A stretch of 64,000 bases of DNA from Podarcis bocagei. Its lineage: Eukaryota. The translations under genes and the position numbers were made by a program. The notes under the pieces were generated by a model, which worked only from the letters and a program-made list of their open reading frames with translations, ran no database searches and was not told where the DNA came from. This document shows, one piece after another, positions 13,381-25,200 of the stretch (its first letter is position 1; each line of letters opens with the position of its first letter). The stretch lies in assembly GCA_964188305.1 (NCBI GenBank), contig OZ076896.1; one strand, written 5' to 3'.

Positions 13381-13725
13381 GTAAAGGGACCCCTGAACAT
13401 TAGGTCCAGTCGTGGCCGACTCTGGGGTTGCGGTGCTCATCTCGCTTTACTGGCTGAGGGAGCCGGCATACGGCTTCTGGGTCATGTGGCCAGCATGACT
13501 AAGCCTCTTCTGGTGAACCAGAGCAGCACACGGAAACGCCGTACCTTCCCGCCGGAGCGGTGCCTATTTATCTACTTGCAGTTTGACCTGCTTTCGAACT
13601 GCTAGGTTGGCAGGAGCTGGGACCGAGCAACGGGAGCTCACCCCGTCGTGGGGATTTGAACCGCCGACTTTCTGATCGGCAAGTCCTAGGCTCTGTGGTT
13701 TAACCCACAGTGCCACCCGTGTCCC
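13381..13725 (-). mobile_element. Sauria SINE (Squam1), full length
   Basis: Reverse complement of the 48643-49000 copy, with a tRNA-like head and Bov-B-related tail. Flanked by an imperfect TSD atcatgacgtta / atcatgatatta. Confidence 0.93.
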
Positions 13726-16700
13726 TATCATGATATTACTTAGCTGCTTAAGTCAACCTGGTAGCATCTAGCAGTTGTTGGACCCCAACTCTCATCAGCC
13801 CCAGCTAGCCAATGGTCAGAGAAGATGACTGCTGTAATCCACAACATCTGGAGAGCACCTTGTTGGCTATGGCCAAGTTGAAATTATCCATCCAGTTTAA
13901 TTTTTGTTATTGAGATGTTTTGCTTCTTCAAAATCATGATCATTTTTAAGCCAAGCAAAATCTGGATGAAATCCTGTGCACAAAGGGGATGAGGAGCTAT
14001 TGGTAGGGCACGAGATAGAAACACTATAACCCAGATGAAATGGGAGGGAGGGAGGAAATTCCCTGGGTATATAACAGCAGAGGCTGGCTGGTCTCTCACT
14101 CAGTATGGTTGAGATGTTTCCTTAAACTTGGCTTTTGTGGACTAAGCTCAGGCCCTGCACAATCATGAAGTTCTCAAGACCCAACAGACCCCTAGAAACA
14201 GTCTTGTAGGAGTGCCTTAACAACAAAAACTTTGTGGCTTCCTGCACATCTCTCTGTGAGCAATACTTTGTGACCAGACATGGAATGAAACAAAAGAACA
14301 AAAAGAGCACAATTATTTTGATTTTCTTATAAAAAAGATAAAAATTACATTGCTGAATAATGCAAACCTCAACACAGGAATCAAGACCCACAAAGATTTA
14401 ACTAGGCAGTTGGTTGCCCGCTATCCCAGGGGTGGACTTCAGTCTTTCAAATTTCAGCTGCACCCTGTGCAAGGCAAAAATTCGGCAATCCCTGCTTCTC
14501 ATCTTCCATTTTGCTCAATTCACTATGTCATAGTTGCAGTACCCTGCAGCACCCTCTAGGCTCAGCGCCCAGTGCGGCAGAACTGATTGTGCTGCTCTAA
14601 ATCTGCCTCTGCCACCCCCCACTTCTAACTTTGTCACATGACTAGGAGAGAGGAGCTTTTTAAATGCATGTGATGGTCTGGGAAGGAGGGAAGTGTGGGA
14701 ATACGGCAGGAGGGAAGAGTTTACTTAATCGTGCATTTTAGAAAGACATTTTCAAAGAAACTGGGCAACTGAATGGTCCAGAAGGAATTCAGCACTCATT
14801 ACCCAGCATAAGCGTTTGGCAGAAGTAAATACTGCACCTGCCTTTATCATAAATACAATTGGCATCTGAAAAAAAGATCTAAAGGCACTAATTCAACAAA
14901 TCATATGTGCATGTTCCAGACTGAAGGCTTCACGATGCTCACCATTTGCTGCTTTCAATTGTTAAATTACATTTAAAATTGAGGCTAGTGTTTTTGTTTT
15001 TACAGAATTAACTGTGATCTGCTTGGATATAGCTTGGCTGGATCATTTAAAGAATGATAGCTATTGATTTATAAAATAATTTAACTCACAAATACATACT
15101 GGACAGAATGAACCCATCTTAATAAAGATCTATTTCTTTTCTTAAACTAAATTTAATATTGTAAAAATAAGCGGTGGCAACAAGTATATTCAGTTTAATA
15201 TTATTACATTAGGAGAATTAACAAAGTGATATATAATTATTATATGTAGTCAAAATACATTTCTGCCTGCTTGTCAATAATTCAAGTTTTGAGAATTAAA
15301 TCCATATACCATTAAAAAAAATTCACAAGCCTGAGGTGAGTTAACAAGAGACATACATTCCTGTGGTTCATTTACACTTAAGCTCATTCCTGCATAAAGG
15401 AACTAGACCACACATCTAGACTGAGAAATCGTTTTACAGCCACTGTCTCAGTAGGGAGGGGGGAAAGGGATCTGATTACTTAGTCAAAACCACAAAAAAG
15501 TATATACACAGCACAAACGTTTGGGTTTGCCTAGCATTTTAGACAAGAGTTTTTACAAACCCAATACAACATAAACTATCCACCAATATTGCAATATTTT
15601 CTACTTTTTCTTTTTAAATTATATTTACAATGATGTGTTGGTGCTCAATACTTTCTCCCTTCCAGCAACCCTGCAGCAGCTAATAATCTTGAGCAAACTC
15701 AATAATGTTGGTCATTCCGTTCATGATTTCTTATTTAGATACATCACTATGGAATGCCTTCTTGAATACACCCAGCAGCCACTATTGATCTGTCACCTCT
15801 CAGTCTAGAATGTTTATCTTGCTGAATTGGGGGAACAAATGTTTGAGGGAGGGCAGATATCGTCTTCAAAAAACTTCACCTTTACATTAAACCCCACCAT
15901 CAAAGTAGCTGAGGTGGTTAGTTCATAAAGACCACACTAGAAAGTCCAAGACCTCCGTTTAGTATACAAATGCCTTCTATCTGGTGGTTGCGCTGAAACG
16001 GTCGAGACTCGTTCACTCTAAAGCTGAGGCACCTGAGACAGCGATGTCTCAGGTGCCTCACCTTCTCCTGGCTCTCAAAGGCCAAGTAAAAATATTGAAT
16101 CCTGGATATAGCCCCAAACTCCTTCTACATAGGAAATGCTAAAATGTAATGTTCAAATCCCATGCATTTGAATGAGAGGAGTTTGTTGGTTTCACAAGTG
16201 GCTCTCAACAGATAGCACCATTAAGAACTTGCAGTGATTCAGATACTGTGGTAATTTAATTTAAGTGGACGTAATCAGTCTTACCTGTTTGCTTCAACAA
16301 AGTAAGATTTAATTTGGCTTCTAAAAATGTAACATTTATTTTTTTTTAAAGGTGAATTGATTATGCTCCCAACTTTCTAGCTTTCCAGGAGCCTCTGGTT
16401 CATCACCTGTGTATCCTCATTCATATCAGACAAGTTCAGGTAGCTTCTCTCTCTCTTTTCTCTCCCCAAATGAGCATTTCCCCCTACTATCCTACAATTC
16501 TATATAGAATTATTCTAGCCAGGTCATGAAATGGATTTGTGCTGCAATCACAATGATCGAACAGCTTTCATCTATTTTTTAGCTAGAGATGAAATCAAAA
16601 GGCTAAAAAATCAAAAGGCTAATAGCTACACAGTAGGTAGCTATTGGCAGTCTCAGTTGTTGGTAGCATCAAAAAAAGCATGCAGACCATAATTGGCAGA

Positions 16701-16780
16701 ATAAATACCTGTTTGGCAGGATTCTTAGCCACATAAAGCCAAGAGGCAGGGGAAACTGAGTTAATATTCATCTTTGAAGT

Positions 16781-16887
16781 ATCTGAAGAAGTGTGCATGC
16801 ACACGAAAGCTTATACCTAGAACAAACTTAGTTGGTCTCTAAGGTGCTACTGGACATTTTTTAAAAAAAAAAAAATTAAATTTATTC
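16781..16887 (+). mobile_element. Short Penelope-like insertion carrying a minimal hammerhead ribozyme motif
   Basis: gtat-CTGAAGA-a-gtgtg-catg-cacac-GAAA-gc-tt-atac followed by ttagttggtctctaaggtgctactgga and a T/A run. 12-bp TSD catctttgaagt at 16769-16780 and 16888-16899. Confidence 0.8.
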
Positions 16888-17483
16888 CATCTTTGAAGTG
16901 TGATAGAAGTGAGGACCCTTTTCATGCCTGTGTGTTTTGTCCTTCCGATGTTTTGGACACCTGTCTGTACGAGTTCATTGATGAGGTCTGTGAAACTGAC
17001 AAAGGTTCAGCTCTCTGGATGAATGAATTTAAATATTTCAGGATCAAACAATGATTCTAGAGCTGGGTGCCATCACTCTACCAAGAGATAATTAATTCCA
17101 TAGCTGGACAGAAAGGACAGACAGAGCAGAGGTGAGTCTTCTCTGGATGTTAATATACACCAAGGAATGAAGTACCAGTCTAGTTGCAATTCAGAGAGCA
17201 TTCCGCTGTCAGTTCTTCCTTTGTTTGCAGACAGGAAACCTGCTTCCAAGTTAAATAATTTACACTTTGCAAGTTTATGAAGAATTCATAGCGGCATTCT
17301 TGGCAGGAAGTTGGACTGATCGACCCGCAAAAGTGATGGGAGCCCTTTGCAAGGCTAAAGCATGCATTACTCCTAAATGGTATTTACCAACCCTACTGAT
17401 TTTGAAGCAAATGCATGTTCAGGACTGCAGTACAAAGCAAATTAATGAGACTGGTATAAAGAGAAGTGAGGTGTTAATTGAAA

Positions 17484-17484
17484 T

Positions 17485-17536
<52 letters not shown>

Positions 17537-17537
17537 T
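17484..17537. repeat. (TTTC)n microsatellite
   Basis: Directly visible. Confidence 0.97.
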
Positions 17538-18439
17538 CACACTGGAGAGACTTTATTGTTTTATTTTGACTTTTATTGCTGAATCACTATAAGCTGTCTT
17601 TAAGTCTGTTTCTCACAGAAAGTCAGCATATCAATGGAAAGATTGATAAATAAATAACACACAGGGCATATGTAGACCAGATGCAACCCATGTAAAATAA
17701 CACAGTGTTACCCAGATGAACCTGGGAAGCACTAATGTCCCATCTCTCTTGGGTTATTCTTCTCTGAAAGCCAGTGCAAGTTTCAACTCCCTAATCTTTC
17801 TCCCCCTGCTCCCCAGCTCTGGACAGGGGAACAGGAAGAATGGCTGGCAGACATTTGTCAGGCATCAGTTTCTCACTTGAGGCTTTCGCTTTCCCCTTCC
17901 AAAGGATAAACAGCAATTGTATGTTTATGGTTCAGCATCACAGGGAAAGCTTTCATCTGCTGTCTTTCATTAACTAGGTGTGTGCGCCACTATTTACATT
18001 GCAAAGCTGGAATTCAATATATATGCTGAAAAATATGAGATTTGAAAACATGGCATAGTTCACAGACTGAAATCATTTAGCGTTTTTTAAAAAATCAAGA
18101 CAGAAATGGCAGAAATTAACAAATTTTACTCCCTACAGATTTTTAGAACTCTAATTACAAGAAAGGTAATTGTAACAAACGCAAAGAGCAGAATCTAAGT
18201 AATGATATGATTATTATCCCATTAACATTAAGTACAGACATATATTTAAAATCAATGAGAAGAACTTTTTCTGAGGATAAATTCATATGTAACAGTTTTC
18301 CATATGTCTTTCCTTTTAAAAAAAGATTATCTTCTGTTTGATAGCTGTTGTTATGGCATGGAATATCTCTGCATCTCCATCACAAACCAGAACATTAGCA
18401 CAACATTTTCAGTGTTGCACTTTTGTTGTCATCTGAGCA

Positions 18440-18673
18440 CAATGGTACCTCAGGTTAAGTACTTAATTCGTTCCGGAGGTCCATACTTAACCTGAAACTG
18501 TTCTTAACCTGAAGCACCACTTTAGCTAATGGGGCCTCCTGCTGCCGCTGGAGTACGATTTCTGTTCTTATCCTGAAGCAAAGTTCTCAACCCGAGGTAC
18601 TATTTCTGGGTTAGCGGAGTCTGTAACCTGAAGCGAATGTAACCTGAAGCGTATGTAACCCGAGGTACCACTG
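18440..18673. mobile_element. Tc1/mariner-pogo MITE, family B (second copy)
   Basis: Highly similar to 11583-11819; right end gaggtaccactg-TA. Confidence 0.9.
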
Positions 18674-19338
18674 TAGTGCTGTTTGCTTCTCATGTGACAG
18701 AACTTATCTCTCTATTTGTGTGCTACTGCATACATCTGCAGAAATAAGTACCTGGCACGTGTGATCGCTCAAAAGCTAATTTTGGGGAAATAGCAAAACT
18801 ATTTTTGGGATCTTTACGGGAGATGATTAAGCTTAGACACACAAAAGTGCACTGGCTTCTATAATCTTGCTGAATTTGGGGCATTTAATACTGAACAATA
18901 GTGATGTTCTTACTTTGGAGACCACACTATCACTACATTTGTTATAATTTTATATATTTATAATTGAAGTATGCAAATATAATACAATTACAAGCTACAA
19001 AAGGGTTTTATTTTTTGCAACATCAGATTCCCACTGGCCCTGCTTGCATTTAACAGAAGGCAGCACACCTTCACACAGAATTTCCAATTACACAAAAGGG
19101 TCTATGTAAGAGTCATGTTCCGGTCTGATGCCAGATCCCACAGAGAAGGGTAAGGCTGGAGGCAGGTTGCGTGAAGTTGGCAATTACAGAACCACAGAGA
19201 ACTCCAAGTGAGAAACCCACCCTGATAAAAGGTTGAGAGCATTCTGATGCTTTGTAAAGCTCCTGCTATCAGACCAAAGGCACAACCTTGAGGCTCCTTC
19301 ACAATGCTTTGCCTATTCCTGCAAGTGGTGACAATTTA

Positions 19339-19580
19339 CAGTGGTACCTTGGTTGTCAAAAAGCTTGGCTCCCGAACAAATCGGCTCCCGAATGCGGCAA
19401 ACCCAGAAGTAAGTATTCAAGTTTGTGAACGTTTTTTGGAAGCCGAACATCCAACGCAGCTTCTGCTTGAGTACAGGAAGCTCTTGCAGCCAATCGGAAG
19501 CTGCGCCTTGGTTTTCAAATGGTTTCAGGAGTCAAACAGACTCCCAGAATGGATTAAGTTTGAGAACCAAGGTACTACTG
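19339..19580. mobile_element. Tc1/mariner-pogo MITE, family C
   Basis: TA-cagtggtaccttggttgtcaaa ... tttgagaaccaaggtactactg-TA. Confidence 0.88.
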
Positions 19581-20854
19581 TACTACATATTGGAGTTTTA
19601 TAAATGTCGGAAACAAACCAAGGAGATAACATGAAAAACTAGGTTCCTTTTTGCAGACTTATAGAGCAATTCTTGCCATAAAAACTTGAGGGCCCATGTA
19701 CAGTTAATGCCATGTATGGCATATGGAATCAGAATGGGATGTGTTGCAATGCACCTGCAATAGCCCTGAACTGGTTTTTCATCTGCGCACAAGGATATTG
19801 GTGGGGTCAGAGGCAGGTGGGAGTCTGCAACATTCCATACATCATGGAACTTTTTATTATTGACACTGATTCCTGCAATTCTAAGTTATGCTCTTAAGCT
19901 CCAAACTGAGAACATGGAAGCTTCTACGTAGGCATTCCTTAAAGGCAATAGATTCCTTGATCTGTGAGAGTGCTGGCTCTCCCAGACTATTATGATCCTG
20001 TGGCTGGGCTTTTTACACAATCTTTGGAATCACGTCATTAAATTCATAACCATGAGACAAGTTTTGAGTAAATAGCACTACTGAGTGGTGTGCATTACAA
20101 TAGTTCTGTAGGGATCACGACAGTCTACTTTCAGCAACTGAATCAAATATTAGCTCATAAAAAGCACTGGTCTGAAAAACCCAATCAAACTTCATCACCA
20201 GGAGGTGGTTCACAAGAACTAGCATATTAATAATAGGGACTAATTATATCCAGGGATTTCACTAATCCAGCTATGTCCTCTAAAGCATACGGGGAATGAG
20301 TCTGATATAAAGTCCATGTAACTCTCACTGCTGAACTCAGTATTCAGGGATTCAGGGTATGTGTGTTGATTCAGTGAGAGGCATTTAAGAACTTTTAGCA
20401 TGTTCCTATGAAGTTTTGCGGTGGCATATAGAATACAGATTTATGTGGGTTAAAATTACTAATAAATTCAAGGCACCCAGTTCTCAAGACAGGTTATTAC
20501 TATGTTTACAATTTTGCTGGAAGGAATCTGGAATGCCAACATGTTGATCCTAATTGTAATAATTATTTACTTCCTGGATGACTAGCATGTCACAATTAGT
20601 CTAAAGGCTTGCTCTTAAGGCACTGAATTTAGGTGGTCTATATTATTTTCCCCCATCTGCCACAAAACCTGGGATACTTCATGCATAATTTCTTTTGTTG
20701 CTGCAGTACTATTTCTGCAGGAGAACGTTACAGAAATTATTATTCTGTAAGGATCGGTGGGGGGCGGGGAGGATATCAGGAAGCACATTCACTTTGGATA
20801 TTCACCACTCATGGAGGTATTCATTTACATCCTGCAATAAGACATACATATTGA

Positions 20855-21255
20855 CTCAGTTTGCATGTAAAACTAAACCAAACCATGGGCTCTCGGAGAG
20901 GAAATTTTGGCTGCTCCGCTCTTCCTGCAGTCCAGTTCTGTCCTCCTCCTGCTGTGCTACTGTGAGCTAAGCCATGGTTTGGCATAGCACATTGTCCAAA
21001 CTTCAGCTTTTGATTTGTCTCCTCCAGACAAACCACAAGCTGTAAACAAATTACACATCTTGTTTACAGCTCATGATTTTTCTGAAGTGAGACAAACCAT
21101 GAGCCCAGGTTCAAAGAGTATGCTAATCCAAACCATGGCTTAGTTTGCAGTAGCAGGAGGACTGTGGGAGGGACCAGGTGGCCTCACTTTTCTCTCCAGG
21201 AATCCACATGTTCATGCCAAGTGATATCTTGACTTAGTTTTATGTGCAAATCAGG
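20855..21255. mobile_element. About 400-bp fold-back (long inverted repeat) element
   Basis: Nested inverted pairs: tttgcatgtaaaactaa / ttagttttatgtgcaaa; ctaagccatggtttgg (20967-20982) / ccaaaccatggcttag (21128-21143); agctgtaaacaa / ttgtttacagct (21038-21071). Confidence 0.8.
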
Positions 21256-22029
21256 TTGTTATGAGGATTGGAGAATCAGCAGCAGTAAACAGAGAAGTAA
21301 ACACAACTTTAACATTAAAAAGTGTTAAAATATGCATTCAAAACTATTTTTCACATCTATCCATTGGAGCAAAGAAGAGATGTGTACAAATCATAATCAA
21401 TCAGTCCATTATACCAAGTACAGGGGAACTTTCATAAAACTACCATCAATAGTATTGGCTGGTGAAATTGGCCGCAATTCTTCCTCTCCTCTCCTCTAAA
21501 TCATTCGTAGTAGCCAAAACAGCAACAAAAGAGTAATGTGTTTGGTAGACAAGAGGTTTAAGGAAATGAATCGAGAAGCAGTTGCCAGCAGACAGCAATG
21601 GCTAAACGTAGTCTCTTCTAGATAGGAGACAGCTGTATTCCTTAAATCTATGACAGACAAGCCTACTTAGGATTTCTAGCCATGCAGATCTTCTGATTGG
21701 AGATGCATGTGACAAATGTTCTAGAAGCAGCTATATTGCAAATTTTGATATCACAGAGAGGTAGAACAGGAAGATGGCTATAGAAGCACAGTGCCAAACC
21801 TGCATTCATGCAAAGGAAGACCACCTGTTCTACAACAGCTTATCTTGAGTATTATGACAACCACCAACAAAATCTACCAGAAGATCATGTATCTATTTAA
21901 ATGTATTTGCAGAACAAATACGAGCCCTTTTCGGACATCTGATCCATGGTGGGCAAATGAGTGTAAACAAAAGGTTGGGAAACAGGGGTCTGAGATGCAC
22001 CCCTTTTCAGTCACATTCAGAGAAAAATG

Positions 22030-22210
22030 GCTCCTAGTCGTACTGGCTATGTATTACTTCCAGGACCAGAGGTAGTTTGCCTCTAATTATCAGCTGCTGG
22101 AGAACACAAATGCCTGATGGTGGGCTTCCATTAGGCATTTTGTTGGCCACTGTGAGAACAGGAGGCTGGACTAGATGGACCTTTGGGATGATCCAGGTAG
22201 GCATTTGCTC
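22030..22210 (+). mobile_element. CR1-related 3' end fragment
   Basis: ttggccactgtgagaacaggaggctggactagatggacctttgg...gatcca tail; a related fragment lies at about 50915-51065. Confidence 0.55.
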
Positions 22211-25200
22211 TTTTTCCCCCACAAAGGGAAGTGAGCCTGCGTAGACGGCGGTCGACCACTATCACCCGGGGATCGACCTGTCGATCACAGTTGACTGGTT
22301 GGACATCCCTGATGTATACTATTCATTTTTAATGTTGTAACTGATGCTGTGTTTGCTGTTTTTGCACATTTATAATATTCAGTGTAACCATGCATGTTCC
22401 TTGGAGATGCACATTGAGCCAGTCTGCATACAACTGCACATGCAGATTGTTCCATGCAAACATGAACCTTAGTCTTTAGTCTTTGCCAACTGGCCACCTG
22501 GGGAAACCTAGCATTACTGCACAATACTACATGGCAGGTTGCTGCAGACAAATGGCTTGCCAGGCAGAGAGAGCTACCATGCAGTGTTAATTTAATGTAA
22601 GTATGGCTTTAGCTTTGTTCATGTGTAACCTCCGGGGTCAATGCCAGTATCATCTATACAAAATATTTGCAGGGCGGAAAGTCAAAGAAAGTGGGAAAGG
22701 CTTTTGTCTGTTTTCAGATGCTGCCTCTAGGCAGCACTCCTTGGAGAATATGCTTAATTTAATAGTTTGCTGTCATGTTTTCTTGACTGATTCTTTACTG
22801 AATAAAAGACAATAACTGTTGTCTAAATGTCCCTTATGTACACAGTTGGGATCAATACAAGAGCAAGAGCAAGAATTAAATCGATATGAGAATAATGAAC
22901 CAAACTAACTCTGATTAAATCAACGAACATAGGAGCATCAGACCCCCTCTTAGGTACCTGTCTTGCTTGACTGATTCAAGTTAACAAATCTCTGCATAGC
23001 TGAAACCCTGAGGCTTTGCGAACTGTTTACTCTATATCCAGCAAAGATGGTTCTGTTAATGGGGAAGAAAATGTATGGGTATCTTTCCCCCCCCCCCTTT
23101 CCTTCTTCAAGAATGACATTCAACCTAGCATTTAAAACACAAATCTAAGCTTTTATAAAGGTAGATCTCAGTAAGGCATTCAAAATGCAACAACTCAGGG
23201 ATAAAGCTAAGTTTTCAGTCTCATTCTTGTGACAGGGGCCGACTTCAAATTGGCAGATCAAGCCTTGCCTAGTATAGTACTATGGGAAATGAAAAACCTC
23301 TATGAGCTATTTCTTTAAAACAAAATTCTTTGTGCTGCTCAGCCATGTAAACTTTCCTGTAAAAACATTATGATAACCCACGGGGTCCAAGTGCAGAATC
23401 CTCTCATCTCCTGGTGCAACGTAATTGTATTTTCTGTGCTTCCTTTCATTATTTGAGCCATCACAGAACAAAAATATCACCCTCCAAACTGTGATTGCTA
23501 TTCTGAGATTAGGGATGCTCTGACAACCCATCTCTCCGCAGACTAAGCACAAACCAAATCTTCAGGTTACTGAGGAACTGAAAGACTGCCAGGAATGAAA
23601 TATTTCTCACTGCATTTAGAGAGATAAAATAGGTAAAAAGCTATTTACTTTGTAGAAATACGCAACTTTCTAAGGAAGGCAGAACTCTTCATCAGGCAAG
23701 TTAGAAGAATACTTAGGTCTTTGCTAGGTAAAGGGAAAAAAATTTCACTACCGACAGGCGGTGGACCAGCAAAAAAAACACCAACTACCCCAACTCTCAG
23801 CACTTTGTGTGCTCCCTATTCCCTGAGACTAGTACAGCAGCAACAGTTGGTCTGTTATGAACTGCTTGTGTACAGTTACCTGGAAATTCCCAGATTTTAC
23901 ATTTCCTGGTGTTTGTGTTTCTTTGGCCACATTAAGTCCTCAATCTTCTTGTCTTTGCTCTTTACTAACGTTGTTCCTGATGATGCACAAGCAGCTGAGT
24001 CAGAAATTCTAGCTTTTCCAATATGGAGATATGCCAAAGCTTGTGAAGACCCAGCAGGAAGACCCAGTCCAGGGATTCAGAATGTCTTGCCTAATCGGTT
24101 ATTTTGCCTTGGCTGAAAGGCAGGCTTGCTTGTGCTATGGCTTTGGGACAACACGAATTACAGGCCATACAATTTAATGTCTATTGCTTACTCATCTCAC
24201 AATGGTGGGAACAAAATCCCAGGGAAACCAAAATGGTCTGAGGAGGATAATTTACTGCTGTATTTTTGCTGGAACAAAACTTCTTCCTTTTAAGATGCTT
24301 TCACGTTAGAACACTATTTTCAATGTCTGGAACAATTTAAACCAAGTTCCACTCTGCAATTCAACATTTCCAAAGGAATAAGCCAAATAAGCAGACAATA
24401 GGTTTTCTTAAAAGATTCTTTTAAAAATAATGTGTAAATGTAAATCCAAAACCTTTATGCTAACACTCTCTGGAAATCAAATATGCTGATTAAACTGTGC
24501 GCCTCATAGATTGAGGCACTTTTGCAAATGATTTTGCAGCTGAAGGAGATGAAAATGTTTTAACTAATCTGATGATATGAAATATCATTATGAATATTAT
24601 GAACCTTCACTATGTTTGTGAAAGCCATACAAAGATCCTAATGCCTTTGCTGAGACAGAAGAAAAATAAATGTCGAATTTAACCAACAGTTACAAATGAA
24701 TAGTTAACATATGGTGGTCAACCACATATATCATAAAGTGGTCAAGGCATAGGCAAATATTTGGATTCTACAAATTTGTTAAAGAATACCAATTACCTTG
24801 ATCTAATATGGGTACTTCACATTTTCCAACTTACAGAAACTTGGGGGTGCTGTTAAGTCAAGGAAATGGCCGCTACAGTTCAAATCCAATTCTCTTTACA
24901 GCTGCTTTTTTTTTTTTTTTTAGACAAATAACCATTCCAGTTATGAATGTCCGGTATCAAACATTCTGGCTCACCTTGGTTGCAACTGCCAGAATCCTTG
25001 CACTTGTCATCACTGGAAGCTCATGAACAATTACCCACTCCCCTCCCCATGTCTGAAACTAGAAAGGATAGCAAGGGCTTTTCAGTTTGCCCCAACACCA
25101 TGGAATTTGCTCCAGCAGCCAAAGGGACCTTAGCCTTCTTCCCAACTTTGAAACGGTGGAGGAGGCAATGGTGAAGAGACAATCGCAATGGAGGAGGCAA

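Noticed and set aside
15975-16010. Hammerhead-like ctggtgg...gaaacggtc next to the perfect hairpin
   Set aside because: The core differs from CUGANGA at two invariant positions, and stems I and II do not pair convincingly.
19085-19302. Possible short solo LTR (tgtaag...ttcaca)
   Set aside because: No target-site duplication or clear poly(A) signal.
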